Sequence record: SRR22947725_6189
DNA: 49,347 nucleotides
Direction: 5' to 3' (one strand)
The notes beneath the pieces were generated by a model. The model was given only the letters and a program-made list of their open reading frames with translations, searched no databases and had not been told where the DNA came from. Both the position numbers and the translations under genes were made by a program. How positions within the stretch are numbered: position 1 is the stretch's first letter; each line of letters opens with the position of its first letter. Of the stretch, positions 1-10,127 are shown one piece after another.

Positions 1-1
1 A

Positions 2-808
2 GCTTTGCGCATCCGCGTCGCGGATCACCGGGTGCTCAGGGTTGCCCTCCGCGCGATAGGCGACCAGTGCCGGATCTTGCTCCAATACGACAAATTGATG
101 TTCAACCGGAATAGCTGGAATTTTGATCCCAAGCATTTTTGCAGTGCGCTGCGCGTGATTGCCCGATGCGGTGACCACATGCTCCGCGGTGATCACAATT
201 TGCTCGTCAGAAGGCACGAGGTTGCCGCCCTTCTCCATCATTTTGGTGCAGGTCACCTCCCAATGGCTGCCGGTCCAATGAAAGCCATCCGCCTGCCACT
301 TACGCTCAATGCTGACCCCCAATTGCCGCGCGCCCTTGGCCATCGCCATGGTCACATCAGCCGGGTTAATATAGCCATCCGTATGATGATAAAGCGCACC
401 TTTAAGATCCTCTGTGCGAATGAGCGGCCATTTGGCTTTGATTTCATCAGGTGACATGAACACATAGGGCACGCCGCAGGTTTCTGCCGTTGACGCATAG
501 AGGCGATATTCATCCATCCGCTCTTCTGTTTGCGCCATCCGGAGATTGCCAACCACAGCAAAACCCGCATTCAAGCCAGTTTCCTCTTCAAGGGATTTAT
601 AAAAATCAACTGAGTACTTGTGGATATGCGTGGTTGCATAAGACATATTGAACAGTGGCAACAGCCCCGCCGCATGCCAGGTCGAGCCGGAGGTCAGCTC
701 ATCACGCTCGATCAGCATGGTCTCCCAACCGCGTTTTCCCAAATGGTAGGCAATGGATGTTCCAACTGCTCCACCACCGACAACCAATGCTTTTACTTGC
801 GTCTTCAT
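2..808 (-). CDS. FAD-dependent oxidoreductase, GcvT/dimethylglycine dehydrogenase family (5' part; runs off the window edge)
   Basis: Absent from the ORF track because it has no stop in the window. Manual translation from ATG at 808 gives MKTQVKALVVGGGAVGTSIAYHLGKRGWETMLIERDELTSGSTWHAAGLLPLFN, with the GxGxxG Rossmann motif and the TSGSTWHAAG signature of DMG/sarcosine dehydrogenases. Confidence 0.88.
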   Translation of the reverse strand, partial: MKTQVKALVVGGGAVGTSIAYHLGKRGWETMLIERDELTSGSTWHAAGLLPLFNMSYATTHIHKYSVDFYKSLEEETGLNAGFAVVGNLRMAQTEERMDEYRLYASTAETCGVPYVFMSPDEIKAKWPLIRTEDLKGALYHHTDGYINPADVTMAMAKGARQLGVSIERKWQADGFHWTGSHWEVTCTKMMEKGGNLVPSDEQIVITAEHVVTASGNHAQRTAKMLGIKIPAIPVEHQFVVLEQDPALVAYRAEGNPEHPVIRDADAQS

Positions 809-873
809 CGCGCACGACTCCTTTTCACGTTGCGCATAGATTGCCCTATGACGGCGCAAAAAGGGAAGTCGTG

Positions 874-901
874 CCGACCTCCCAGTTGCAAAAACCGACC
901 T
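874..901 (-). promoter_or_regulatory. Direct repeat CCGACCT-N14-CCGACCT (21-bp period), candidate AraC/GlxA-type activator site
   Basis: Exact 7-mer at 874-880 and 895-901 (AGGTCGG on the minus strand), upstream of the demethylase start at 808. The regulator assignment is inference. Confidence 0.4.
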
Positions 902-1016
902 CACGATATTTTTCACATCAAAATACCACACCCATCGGCCATTTGGTCGCTGCGAAGCGCTCTTGCGGCGCCTCATGTGGCGGGGTAAATGCAGGCAAAG
1001 AGCAGCGGGGTGCAAG

Positions 1017-1871
1017 ATGCAGATTTGCCCATCTAAAATTCGCATACGCCAAGAAATCGCCCGGCTGCGCGCGGCGGGTCAAACCATCGGCTTGGTTCCG
1101 ACCATGGGTTTTTTGCACGAGGGGCATTTGCAGCTGATGCGCCGGGCTGCGCAACACGCTGATGCGGTTGTGGCTACAATTTTTGTGAACCCCACCCAAT
1201 TTGGCCCCAATGAAGATCTCAGCCGCTATCCGCGCGATTTGGAGCGCGATTTGGACCTATTGAGGGCCGAGGGTGTTGCGGCCGTCTTCACCCCCAGCCC
1301 GGAGGAAATGTACCTGCCCGGCGCCGATGCCATTGTCGATGTGCCCAGTCTTTCCGGCATATTGCAGGGCACTTTGCAGCCCGGGCATTTCCAAGGCGTC
1401 GCCACAGTCGTGAGCAAATTGTTCAACATCACCCAACCCGACGTCGCTGTATTCGGGGAAAAAGATTATCAACAGCTGGCGCTCATCCGAAAAATGGTTC
1501 GTGATTTGGACATGCCCGTGCGCATCATTGGCCATCCAACAGCACGGGAGACCGATGGGCTGGCCATGTCATCGCGCAATGTCCGCCTGAGCCCAGCCCA
1601 GCGCGCCGCAGCACCAATTCTCAATGCCGCCCTAACCCACGCCGAACACCATCCGTTGCCCAGCGCTGAAGCCTATGTGACACAGGTGAGCCAACATCTC
1701 GCGCGCGAATCCCTCTGTGACATCAAATCGGTCGAAATCCGTGACAGCGAGGATCTCACAGCGCTCTCAGGCCCATTGCATCGCCCCGCCGTGATCTTGC
1801 TGGCGGTGGCCTTTGGCGATGTGCTATTGATTGATCAGCGGGTGATCACCCCCGGAAAGGACAGCTCATGA
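1017..1871 (+). CDS. panC: Pantoate--beta-alanine ligase
   Basis: [26 protein letters not shown] and GLAMSSRN motifs. Start moved to ATG 1017 (MQIC...). Confidence 0.96.
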   Translation: MQICPSKIRIRQEIARLRAAGQTIGLVPTMGFLHEGHLQLMRRAAQHADAVVATIFVNPTQFGPNEDLSRYPRDLERDLDLLRAEGVAAVFTPSPEEMYLPGADAIVDVPSLSGILQGTLQPGHFQGVATVVSKLFNITQPDVAVFGEKDYQQLALIRKMVRDLDMPVRIIGHPTARETDGLAMSSRNVRLSPAQRAAAPILNAALTHAEHHPLPSAEAYVTQVSQHLARESLCDIKSVEIRDSEDLTALSGPLHRPAVILLAVAFGDVLLIDQRVITPGKDSS

Positions 1872-2680
1872 GCACGCAAACCCCTATCAAACGCATCACT
1901 TGCCCCCAGATCAGCAGCCGTAAAGGCGGCACGCCGATTGTCAGCCTCACCAGCTATCACGCCCATACAGCCGCGATTGTAGATCGCTACGCGGATTTTA
2001 TCTTGGTCGGGGACAGTTTGGGCATGGTCATGCATGGGATGGAAAGCACCCTAGGCGTGCCGCTGGATCTTATGATCATGCATGGCAAGGCCGTCGTGAC
2101 CGGCACGAAGCGCGCGTTGATCGTGGTGGATATGCCCTTTGGCACCTATGAAGAAAGCCCAGAGGTGGCCTTTCGCAATGCCGCTCGGATCATGAAGGAA
2201 ACTGGCTGCGGAGCGGTGAAGCTCGAAGGCGGACAGCGCATGGCGCAAACCATCAAATTTCTGGTTGAGCGCGGGATTCCCGTCATGGCCCATATCGGCC
2301 TCACCCCACAATCAAGCCACACCATGGGGGGATTCAAGACACAGGGCCGGGTCGAAGACAGCTGGAGTGGCCATGAACAGGATGCACAAGCCGTCAGCGA
2401 CGCGGGAGCTTTTGCCATTGTATTGGAGGGTATGGTCGAGCCTTTGGCGGCGAAAATTACTCGGCAGATCCCCATTCCCACCATCGGCATTGGCGCCTCG
2501 GTGGATTGTGACGGGCAAATTTTGGTCTTGGAAGACATGCTCGGTTTGAACCCGGGCGTCGCGCCAAAATTCGTCAAACTCTACGGCGATCTTGGCGCAC
2601 AAATCGAAAAGTCAGTTGCAGATTATGCCGAAGAGGTGCGCGCGCGCAGCTTCCCCGGTGAAGATCATATTTATCGCTAG
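1868..2680 (+). CDS. panB: 3-methyl-2-oxobutanoate hydroxymethyltransferase
   Basis: [22 protein letters not shown] and IGIGAS..CDGQILV motifs. ATGA overlap with panC. Confidence 0.97.
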   Translation: MSTQTPIKRITCPQISSRKGGTPIVSLTSYHAHTAAIVDRYADFILVGDSLGMVMHGMESTLGVPLDLMIMHGKAVVTGTKRALIVVDMPFGTYEESPEVAFRNAARIMKETGCGAVKLEGGQRMAQTIKFLVERGIPVMAHIGLTPQSSHTMGGFKTQGRVEDSWSGHEQDAQAVSDAGAFAIVLEGMVEPLAAKITRQIPIPTIGIGASVDCDGQILVLEDMLGLNPGVAPKFVKLYGDLGAQIEKSVADYAEEVRARSFPGEDHIYR

Positions 2681-2683
2681 ACA

Positions 2684-3229
2684 ATGAGACACGGCATCTG
2701 GACACCAACGCCTATGCGGATGACAAGGGGATGGCAAAAACTTGCCTGCATCTTTTTTTGCATCGCACTCTGCGCCGGGCCGGTGATGGCCAACGCGCCG
2801 CAAAAAGGCAGCGTAACAAAATTGCCTCTACCGCGCTACGTCTCCTTAAAGGCCAGTGAAGGCAATGTGCGGCGCGGACCGTCGCTCACCCACCGCATTG
2901 ATTGGATCTTGAAGCTGCGCAACATGCCGCTGCAGGTCGTGGCCGAACATGGCCATTGGCGCAAAGTGCTGGATTTTGAGGGCGCGGGCGGCTGGATCCA
3001 TTATTCGCTGCTGTCGGGGGGCCGCACCGTCATGATCGTGCAGGACTATGTGGATCTGCGCAATCAACCGGCAGATGAGTCCTTGGTCACCGCCCGACTT
3101 GAACGCAACGTGCTGGCGCAGCTTTTGTCCTGCAAACCCAATTGGTGCCGGCTGTCGTCAGCAGGCTACAAAGGCTGGGCCCCCAAAACCGCGCTTTGGG
3201 GTGTCACAAAGACAGAGGCCTTCGACTAG
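2684..3229 (+). CDS. Exported tandem SH3-domain protein (SH3_4 type)
   Basis: Signal-like N-terminus, then LPLPRYVSLK..NVRRGPS..HRIDW, GWIHYSLLSG and GWAPKTALWG. Start uncertain (2684 or 2713). Confidence 0.8.
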   Translation: MRHGIWTPTPMRMTRGWQKLACIFFCIALCAGPVMANAPQKGSVTKLPLPRYVSLKASEGNVRRGPSLTHRIDWILKLRNMPLQVVAEHGHWRKVLDFEGAGGWIHYSLLSGGRTVMIVQDYVDLRNQPADESLVTARLERNVLAQLLSCKPNWCRLSSAGYKGWAPKTALWGVTKTEAFD

Positions 3230-3230
3230 G

Positions 3231-5240
3231 CTATAATCCACGATTGTGCAGCAAGGCGGTTGCATCCGGCAATTTTCCACGAAATGCCACATAAAGCTCT
3301 TGTGCATCCGCGCTGCCACCCCGCGACAATATATTGTCCTGCAAAGCGCGTGCCCGTTCCAAATCAAACGGCCCACCCGCCTCCTCAAAGGATGCAAAAG
3401 CATCCGCATCCATCACCTCTGACCACATATAGCTATAATATCCGCTCGAATAGCCATCGCCTGCGAAAACATGGGCAAATTGCGTTGTCGCATGGCGCAT
3501 CCCAATCGCCGCCGGCATGCCAATATCTGCCAATACTTCAGCTTGCCGCGCCATAGGATCTTGGGGAGCTGCAGTTTCATGGAAACTTAAATCCACAAGC
3601 GCAGAGGCTATATATTCCACGGTTTGAAATCCCATATCAAATGTCGCAGCCCCGAGCATACGTTTGAGCAGGTCATCCGGCATCGCCGCGCCGGTTTGCG
3701 CATGAATGGCAAATTTTTGCAAAACTTCAGGCACTTCAAGCCAATGCTCATATAGCTGGCTTGGCAGTTCAACAAAGTCGCGCGCCACTGAGGTGCCAGA
3801 AACGGCCGAATAGCTGACGTCGCTCAACATCTGATGCAGCGCATGGCCAAATTCATGGAACAAGGTGCGCGCATCGTCGAATGACAAAAGCGCAGGTGCC
3901 CCGCCGGAGGGTTTGGCAAAGTTGCAAACATTGATCACAATGGGCGCGCGCGGGCTTGGCCTCTTGCGCTGGCTTTGCAACGCGCTGCACCAAGCGCCCG
4001 ATCTTTTGCCGCTCCGGGCAAAGTAATCGCCAATGAACAAGGCGACATGCGCGCCGTCGCGGCATACCTCCCAAACCCTGGCATCCTTGTGATGCAAGGG
4101 CAAAGACAGCTCTTGAAACGTCAGGCCGAACAGGCGCTGCGCACAGTCAAAAGCTGCTGCAATCATTTGATCCAATTGCAAATAGGGCTTTAATTCCGCC
4201 TCATCTAGATCGTGATCCGCCCGGCGGCGCTTTTGCGCATAGTAACGCCAGTCCCAAGCCATAAGGGGGCCATTCAGCCCGTCTTCGGCCATCATTTGGG
4301 TCAAGATCGCCCCATCCGCCTCTGCCCGCGCCTTGGCCGGATGCCAGACCTGCATCAGAAGGTCACGCACACGGGCCGGTGTCTTGGCCATCTGAGTTTC
4401 CAATTTAAACTTTGCAAAACTCTTATAGCCAAGCAAGGCCGCCTGCTCTTGCCGCAGCCGCAGGGTTTCGCGGACAATCTCCCGATTGTCCGTCTCACCC
4501 CCATTAGCGCCCCGCGCGGCCCAGGCTTTATAAGCCGTCTCGCGCAGGTCGCGGCGGTCGGAAAATTCCAAAAACGGCACGATCAAAGACCGCGATAGGG
4601 TAACCACAGGCCCATCCAGGCCCTTCTCCTGCCCCGCCGCTTTTGCGGCCTGCAACACAAAATCAGGCAGGCCCGCGAGATCATCCGTCTGCAATAGCAG
4701 GGTCCAATCCCTTTCATCGGCCAGTAGATTTTGCATGAAGGACGTACCCAGGCTGGCAAGCCGTGATTTGATCTCAGCCATGCGCGCGGCCTCTGCCCCG
4801 GTCAGCTTGGCCCCGGCCCGAATGAAGTCCCGGCGCGTCAACATCAAAACCCGCTCTTGCTCGGGCGACAGTCCCAAAGAGGCACGGCGCGACCAAAGAT
4901 CTTCGATCCGCGCAAAGAAGGCGACATTCGAAGTGACAGCCGAGGCATAGGCCGACAGCTTCGGCGCGAAATCCCGTTGCAGCTCTTCGCGCAATGGCGT
5001 GCTATCGGTGCTGGCTAAGGTGTAAAACGCGGCGGCGAGCTGATTGAGCGGCTCTTCGGCCACTTCCTGCGCCTCAATGGTGTTTTCAAAGCTGGGCGCG
5101 TCTGAGCGCTTCGCAATGGCCTGCATTCCTGAGCGCGCTTGCGCCAGTGCTGCATCCATAGCGGGGGCAAAATCGGCGTCTGATATGGCATCAAAAGGCG
5201 CGAGGCCAAAAGGGGTGTTCCAGGGGTCAAGCAGGTTCAT
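3231..5240 (-). CDS. dcp: M3 family metallopeptidase (peptidyl-dipeptidase Dcp)
   Basis: LFHEFGHALH zinc motif, DFVELPSQ, YYSYMWSEV, KRSGAW. Start set to ATG 5240, 1 nt after the moeB stop. Confidence 0.92.
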   Translation of the reverse strand: MNLLDPWNTPFGLAPFDAISDADFAPAMDAALAQARSGMQAIAKRSDAPSFENTIEAQEVAEEPLNQLAAAFYTLASTDSTPLREELQRDFAPKLSAYASAVTSNVAFFARIEDLWSRRASLGLSPEQERVLMLTRRDFIRAGAKLTGAEAARMAEIKSRLASLGTSFMQNLLADERDWTLLLQTDDLAGLPDFVLQAAKAAGQEKGLDGPVVTLSRSLIVPFLEFSDRRDLRETAYKAWAARGANGGETDNREIVRETLRLRQEQAALLGYKSFAKFKLETQMAKTPARVRDLLMQVWHPAKARAEADGAILTQMMAEDGLNGPLMAWDWRYYAQKRRRADHDLDEAELKPYLQLDQMIAAAFDCAQRLFGLTFQELSLPLHHKDARVWEVCRDGAHVALFIGDYFARSGKRSGAWCSALQSQRKRPSPRAPIVINVCNFAKPSGGAPALLSFDDARTLFHEFGHALHQMLSDVSYSAVSGTSVARDFVELPSQLYEHWLEVPEVLQKFAIHAQTGAAMPDDLLKRMLGAATFDMGFQTVEYIASALVDLSFHETAAPQDPMARQAEVLADIGMPAAIGMRHATTQFAHVFAGDGYSSGYYSYMWSEVMDADAFASFEEAGGPFDLERARALQDNILSRGGSADAQELYVAFRGKLPDATALLHNRGL

Positions 5241-5241
5241 A

Positions 5242-6291
5242 TCAAGACTTTCCATCCGAAGAATTTGCACCGCAAATCGGGCAATCGGCCCGCGGTTTGG
5301 TTTTTATCACACGGTTTTGCGCGTCGAGCACATTGTAAATTGCCATCTGGCCACGCAATGGCCTGCCCGCGCCCAAGAGATATTTCAGCGCCTCAGCCGC
5401 CATGAGGCTGCCGATAATCCCCGGCAGGGCCGCAAAGACCCCGGCCAGCGCACAGCTGGGGGCCAACTCCGGCTTGGGCGCGCTGGGAAACACACATTGA
5501 TAGCACGGACCAGAGCGCGCCGGATCAAACAGCGCCAGCTGCCCTTCCCATTGGCTCAAGGCTCCGCTGACCAAGGGTTTTGCGCGCGCCACGCAGGCTG
5601 CGTTCACCACATAGCGCGTCTCGAAATTATCCGTGCCATCCAGCACGATATCATATTGACCAATCAGCTCTTCAACACTCTCGCCGGTGAGACGATGGTT
5701 GTAACTGTTGACAGCCACATAGGGATTTAGCTCGCCAATGGCCCGCGCCGCAGAGATGACCTTGGCGCGGCCAATATCTGCATCACGGTGAATAACTTGC
5801 CGCTGCAAGTTGCTGGCCGCCACTGTGTCATCATCCACAACACCGATGGTTCCAACCCCGGCAGCCGCCAAATATTGCAGCGCCGGCGCGCCAAGCCCGC
5901 CCGCACCGATCACCAAGACCTTGGCGCCGCGCAGACGCATCTGCCCTGCCCCGCCAATCTCGGGCATGACGATATGACGCGCATAGCGCTCCAGCTCGGC
6001 TTCAGACATCGCGTCATCTGCGGGGCGCACTGGCGGCGCCGCGCGGGAGCGCAATCTGCGCAGGCCCAGCCGATAGATCCAAATAATCGCCACAAAAGCC
6101 GCGATGATGGCCCAAAGCTCCCAGGAGCCTCCTGTGTTTTGCCGCAACGGATGAGCCGCGGGCAAAATCAGATGGGCTAAAATCACCCCCACAAACACCG
6201 CTGCAATCATACCCCAGCGTTGCCGGTTCGGCGCGCCCATAGCCCAGCCAATCCCCCAAAGTACCGCACAAACGGTGCCAACCAGTATCAT
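5242..6291 (-). CDS. moeB: HesA/MoeB/ThiF family adenylyltransferase with an N-terminal membrane domain
   Basis: ERYARHI, GAGGLG, SNLQRQ, DGTDNF and two CxxC motifs (CYQC, CPIC). The first ~80 aa are hydrophobic. Confidence 0.88.
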   Translation of the reverse strand: MILVGTVCAVLWGIGWAMGAPNRQRWGMIAAVFVGVILAHLILPAAHPLRQNTGGSWELWAIIAAFVAIIWIYRLGLRRLRSRAAPPVRPADDAMSEAELERYARHIVMPEIGGAGQMRLRGAKVLVIGAGGLGAPALQYLAAAGVGTIGVVDDDTVAASNLQRQVIHRDADIGRAKVISAARAIGELNPYVAVNSYNHRLTGESVEELIGQYDIVLDGTDNFETRYVVNAACVARAKPLVSGALSQWEGQLALFDPARSGPCYQCVFPSAPKPELAPSCALAGVFAALPGIIGSLMAAEALKYLLGAGRPLRGQMAIYNVLDAQNRVIKTKPRADCPICGANSSDGKS

Positions 6292-6749
6292 GAGCGGCGC
6301 CCTGTGGAGCCAAAGCCACCTGCACCACGGGGCGTCGTGTCGAGCTTTGACACCTCGGCAAATTCGGCCTGAACCACGGGCGCCACAATCATTTGCGCAA
6401 TGCGGTCCCCATGTCGGACGGCAAAAGCCTCAGTGCCTGTATTGAGCAAAATCACCCCAAGCGGGCCTCTATAGTCACTGTCGATTGTACCGGGAGCATT
6501 GGCCAAGGTGATCCCGAATTTCAGAGCAAGCCCAGATCGCGGGCGAATTTGCACCTCATAGCCCGTAGGTATGGCCAGGCGCAGCCCGGTGCCGATCAAT
6601 GCCCGCCCGCCCGGCTGCAGGGTGACATCCGCACGATCGGGGAAATTGGCCCGAAGATCAGCGCCAGCGGCGCCCGTGGTGGCATAGGCCGGCAGGCCAA
6701 AGCTTGCATCGGCCCCCGCCTCCCAGGTCATCTCAATCACAGGGATCAC
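6288..6749 (-). CDS. dut: dUTP diphosphatase
   Basis: [19 protein letters not shown] and [10 protein letters not shown] motifs. Confidence 0.97.
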   Translation of the reverse strand: MIPVIEMTWEAGADASFGLPAYATTGAAGADLRANFPDRADVTLQPGGRALIGTGLRLAIPTGYEVQIRPRSGLALKFGITLANAPGTIDSDYRGPLGVILLNTGTEAFAVRHGDRIAQMIVAPVVQAEFAEVSKLDTTPRGAGGFGSTGRRS

Positions 6750-7936
6750 CTCAAAGCATCCGCGATGCGGAGCGCCAGCTCGCGCGCGACGTCGATCTTG
6801 GGCATCTCATCCCAGGTTTCGGCTCCGGCCGCGTCTATGACCGTGACCTTGTTGCGTGCGCCGCCCATGATGCCCGTCTCAGGAGCCACATCATTGGCAA
6901 CAATCCAATCGCAGCCCTTGCGCAAACGCTTGGCTGTTGCGTTTTCAATCACATTCTCGGTCTCTGCTGCAAAGCCCACAACCAATTGCGGCCTTATCTC
7001 ATGCGCTGAAACGCGCGCCAGAATATCTGGATTTTCAGCAAACTTTAAAACCGGCAAATCGCCAGAGGATTTCTTTTTAATCTTTTGATCATGGGCGCCT
7101 GCAATGCGCCAATCCGCCACAGCCGCAGCAAAAACTGCCGCATCCACAGGCAAAAGCCTCTCAACCGCGGCCAACATCTCCTGCGCTGTTTGTACCGGAT
7201 ACACGTCAACGCCAGAGGGCGGCGGCACGCGCGCCGGACCTGAAACAAAGCTGACCCGCGCGCCCAGATCGCGCAGGGCCTCTGCGAGAGCCGCACCCTG
7301 TGCGCCGGAGGAGCGATTGGCGATGTAGCGCACCGGATCAATCGGCTCATGGGTCGGCCCAGAGGTGACCAGCACATGACGGCCCTCAAGTGGACCGCTG
7401 CAAAAAAAGCCCGCGACCTGCGCCAAAATCTCATCCACTTCTGCCATGCGACCGGGGCCGTATTCGCCACAGGCCATTTCTCCGTCATTGGGGCCGATGA
7501 TCTGCACCCCATCCTCTTGCAATTGCTTCAAATTGCGCTGCGTGGCGGGGTGCTGCCACATGCGCACATTCATGGAAGGGGCAATCATAACAGCGGTATC
7601 TGTCGCCAAAAGCAGAGTTGTGGCCAGATCATCGGCCATTCCCTGCGCCATTTTGGCCATGATGTGTGCCGTGGCCGGCGCCACAAGAACAAGATCCGCC
7701 GCACGCGACAGCTCTATATGTCCCATCTGCGCTTCTTCGGTCAGGTCGAACAACTCAGTATAGACCTTGGACCGCGCAAGGGCCGCAATTGACAGGGGCG
7801 TGACGAATTGCGCGCCCGATTGCGTCAAGACCGGCGTGACGCGCGCGCCCTGTGCAATCAACCTGCGAATCAAATCTGGGGTTTTGACCGCGGCAATACC
7901 ACCAGAGATGATTAAGAGAATGTGTTTTTCGTTCAT
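6746..7936 (-). CDS. coaBC: Bifunctional phosphopantothenoylcysteine decarboxylase/synthetase
   Basis: [47 protein letters not shown] and GFAAET motifs. Confidence 0.97.
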   Translation of the reverse strand: MNEKHILLIISGGIAAVKTPDLIRRLIAQGARVTPVLTQSGAQFVTPLSIAALARSKVYTELFDLTEEAQMGHIELSRAADLVLVAPATAHIMAKMAQGMADDLATTLLLATDTAVMIAPSMNVRMWQHPATQRNLKQLQEDGVQIIGPNDGEMACGEYGPGRMAEVDEILAQVAGFFCSGPLEGRHVLVTSGPTHEPIDPVRYIANRSSGAQGAALAEALRDLGARVSFVSGPARVPPPSGVDVYPVQTAQEMLAAVERLLPVDAAVFAAAVADWRIAGAHDQKIKKKSSGDLPVLKFAENPDILARVSAHEIRPQLVVGFAAETENVIENATAKRLRKGCDWIVANDVAPETGIMGGARNKVTVIDAAGAETWDEMPKIDVARELALRIADALR

Positions 7937-7952
7937 AGCTTACAGTTACGCA

Positions 7953-7979
7953 GCCAGACCTCGCTCTGCAAGGTCTGGC
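7953..7979 (-). terminator. 12-bp stem-loop downstream of rpoH2 (possible terminator or stabilising hairpin)
   Basis: Minus strand reads GCCAGACCTTGC-AGA-GCGAGGTCTGGC. There is no clear U-tract. Confidence 0.4.
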
Positions 7980-7992
7980 ACTGCCAAAAAGC

Positions 7993-8871
7993 TCACTGGA
8001 AAAATGCGCCTGCCTCGGGGGCCTGATCTTCCAGAGCCAGACGCATCTTTTTAAACGCGGCCGCTTCCACCTGTCTGATCCGCTCTTTTGACAGACCCAA
8101 TTCTTCGCCCAGGCTCTCCAAAGTGCGCGGCACCTCAATCAATTTCCGCTCCCGCACGATATATCTTTCACGATCATTGAGCACGCTCATCGCTTGCAGC
8201 AACCATTTGCGCAGCGCCTCTTGGTCATGGTCAATCTCTACGATTTCAGCGGCCTGCGCGCTGTCATCTTCCAGCGCATCAATCCACTCGCGACCTTCGT
8301 CTTCGGTCGATTGCGTTGCATTAAGCGAAAAATCGGAGCCCGACAAACGGCCATCCATCATCTCCACATCATGCAGTGGCACGCCCAAATCCTGCGCAAT
8401 CAGCTGCTGCAATTGATGCCGATCCAGCGTTTGGCCGGCGTTATTGGCATCGCGCTCAATCCGCGCCTGAATGCGCCGCATGTTAAAAAACAAAGACTTT
8501 TGCGGGCTGGTCGATCCCGTACGCACCATTGACCAATTGCGCATCACATATTCTTGCACAGAGGCTTTGATCCACCACACCGCATAGGTTGAGAACCGCA
8601 CGCCGCGATCGGGATCAAATTTCTCTGCCGCTTTCATCAGGCCGAGACCGGCCTCTTGGATCAAATCTCCCATCGGCGCGCCATAGCGTTTGAACTTTGC
8701 AGCTTGCGAAATCGCCAGCCGCATATAGGCATTGATCAAACGGTGCAGGCTTTGCTCGCAGCGTTCGTCACGCCAAGCGTAGGCCAATTTCAACTCCGTT
8801 TCAGCGTCAAGCATCTCCGCTTTCATTGCAGTGCGCGGTAGAAAATTCTCTGTGCGGCCGTCTAAAGGCAT
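7993..8871 (-). CDS. rpoH2: RNA polymerase sigma-32 family factor, RpoH2 type
   Basis: DLIQEAGLGLMKA, RFSTYAVWWIKA, RpoH-box-like QKSLFFNMRR, and C-terminal HTH SKERIRQ. Sits next to cobP with a sigmaE-type promoter upstream. Start 8871 (alternative 8886). Confidence 0.9.
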   Translation of the reverse strand: MPLDGRTENFLPRTAMKAEMLDAETELKLAYAWRDERCEQSLHRLINAYMRLAISQAAKFKRYGAPMGDLIQEAGLGLMKAAEKFDPDRGVRFSTYAVWWIKASVQEYVMRNWSMVRTGSTSPQKSLFFNMRRIQARIERDANNAGQTLDRHQLQQLIAQDLGVPLHDVEMMDGRLSGSDFSLNATQSTEDEGREWIDALEDDSAQAAEIVEIDHDQEALRKWLLQAMSVLNDRERYIVRERKLIEVPRTLESLGEELGLSKERIRQVEAAAFKKMRLALEDQAPEAGAFFQ

Positions 8872-8917
8872 GGGTTTGCCTCCCAATCAGTAAAAGATGA
8901 AAAACTTGTTACTCTCT

Positions 8918-8946
8918 TCTTACGCAGGTACATGCAGGTTGGATCA
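8918..8946 (-). promoter_or_regulatory. RpoE (sigmaE/ChrR)-type promoter for rpoH2
   Basis: Minus strand reads TGATCC-N18-TAAGA (TGATCCaacctgcatgtacctgcgTAAGA), matching the Rhodobacter sigmaE promoter form. rpoHII is an established sigmaE target in R. sphaeroides. Confidence 0.75.
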
Positions 8947-8960
8947 CTCTTGGGGACATA

Positions 8961-9494
8961 ATGCCTGCAGAAAACAAAACTCCAGCCCTACGCCTGGTGC
9001 TCGGCGGCGCAAATTCTGGCAAATCACGAGTTGCCGAACAGTTGATTGCCGCAACCGGCCGGCCCCGGCGCTATATCGCAACAGCCCAGGCTTGGGATGA
9101 TGAAATGCGTGCAAAAATCGCGCAGCACCGCCTGCAACGCGGGCCCGATTGGACCACTGTTGAGGCGCCGCTGGATCTCATGGAAGCTCTGGCGGCAGCA
9201 CAGCCGGACGAAATCGTGCTCCTCGATTGCGTCACGCTTTGGCTGAGCAATCTCATGATGGCCGAGCGGGATATTCAAACCGCTTGTGCCGCGCTTTGCA
9301 CGGCTCTCACCCAGGCCCCCTGCCCTGTAATTGTGGTCAGCAATGAAGTTGGTCAAGGCATCACGCCAGACAATGCAATGGCGCGGGCTTTTGTCAAACA
9401 CCAAGGCCACCTCAATCAAGATCTCGCCCGCCTGGCCCAGGAGGTGATCTTCGTCACCGCTGGCATCGCGCAAACCCTGAAAGCCACGCCATGA
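8961..9494 (+). CDS. cobP: Bifunctional adenosylcobinamide kinase / cobinamide-phosphate guanylyltransferase
   Basis: LGGANSGKS P-loop, YIATA, LLDCVTLWLSN and VSNEVGQG motifs (CobU/CobP family). Confidence 0.93.
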   Translation: MPAENKTPALRLVLGGANSGKSRVAEQLIAATGRPRRYIATAQAWDDEMRAKIAQHRLQRGPDWTTVEAPLDLMEALAAAQPDEIVLLDCVTLWLSNLMMAERDIQTACAALCTALTQAPCPVIVVSNEVGQGITPDNAMARAFVKHQGHLNQDLARLAQEVIFVTAGIAQTLKATP

Positions 9495-10063
9495 GCGATT
9501 GGTTTTGGATAAGGCACGGCCCGACCCATGAGAAAAATTTCACCGGCTGGCGTGACGTGCCGGCCGATCTGTCTGACCGCGCATTGACCGACCGCCTAAG
9601 CGCGTATTTGCCGCCTGAGGCTGTGGTGGTGTCCTCTGATCTGACCCGCTCTGTCACCACCGCCGATGCCCTTGCCGGCGGGCGCACCCGACTGCCGCAT
9701 GAAGCCGATCTCCGGGAGTTTCATTTTGGCGATTGGGATGGGCGGCATTGGTCAGATGTTGCACAGACCGATCCCCAATTGAGCCGCGATTTTTGGGAAA
9801 AACCCGGTGATATTATGGCCCCAAATGGCGAAAGCTGGAACATGGCCGCCGCCCGCGCCCGCCCGGTGGTCGACCGGTTGACTGCGGCCCATAACAGCAT
9901 CATCGCCGTGGCGCATTTCGGCATCATCCTCACCCAGGTGCAACGCGCCCTGGACAGCAGCGCCTACGCCTGCCTGGCTCATAAAATCGACAATTTCAGC
10001 GTCACCCATTTGCGCGAAGACCAGGGCGAGTGGCAGGTGATTTGCATCAACCACTTGCCATAG
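9491..10063 (+). CDS. Histidine phosphatase family protein (CobC-like)
   Basis: RHGPT, SSDL.R, LRE..FG.W and AHFG motifs. Translationally coupled to cobP. Confidence 0.85.
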   Translation: MSDWFWIRHGPTHEKNFTGWRDVPADLSDRALTDRLSAYLPPEAVVVSSDLTRSVTTADALAGGRTRLPHEADLREFHFGDWDGRHWSDVAQTDPQLSRDFWEKPGDIMAPNGESWNMAAARARPVVDRLTAAHNSIIAVAHFGIILTQVQRALDSSAYACLAHKIDNFSVTHLREDQGEWQVICINHLP

Positions 10064-10127
10064 GGGTCTTTTAACTACATATTATTAAATAATAAATCTT
10101 ATTTTTGTCGCCTTATTGGACCCCAGA

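Noticed and set aside
5..1199. Several short ORFs listed in the track at the left end
   Set aside because: The real genes are the minus-strand GcvT-family gene starting at 808, which the track missed, and panC from 1017.
7953..7979. 11-nt string CCTCGCTCTGC shared by the hairpins after rpoH2 and after rpoD (40740-40766)
   Set aside because: There are only two copies, in opposite orientation relative to transcription and with different outer stems. This is probably coincidence; a genome-wide count would be needed to call it a REP-like repeat.
8872..8960. Possible cobalamin riboswitch upstream of cobP
   Set aside because: The spacer is only about 90 bp and has no B12-box.
10071..10085. CtrA-like site TTAA-N7-TTAT upstream of the GST gene, and a weaker one before comM
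   Set aside because: These are imperfect matches, the first within AT-rich DNA, and are not distinguishable from chance.
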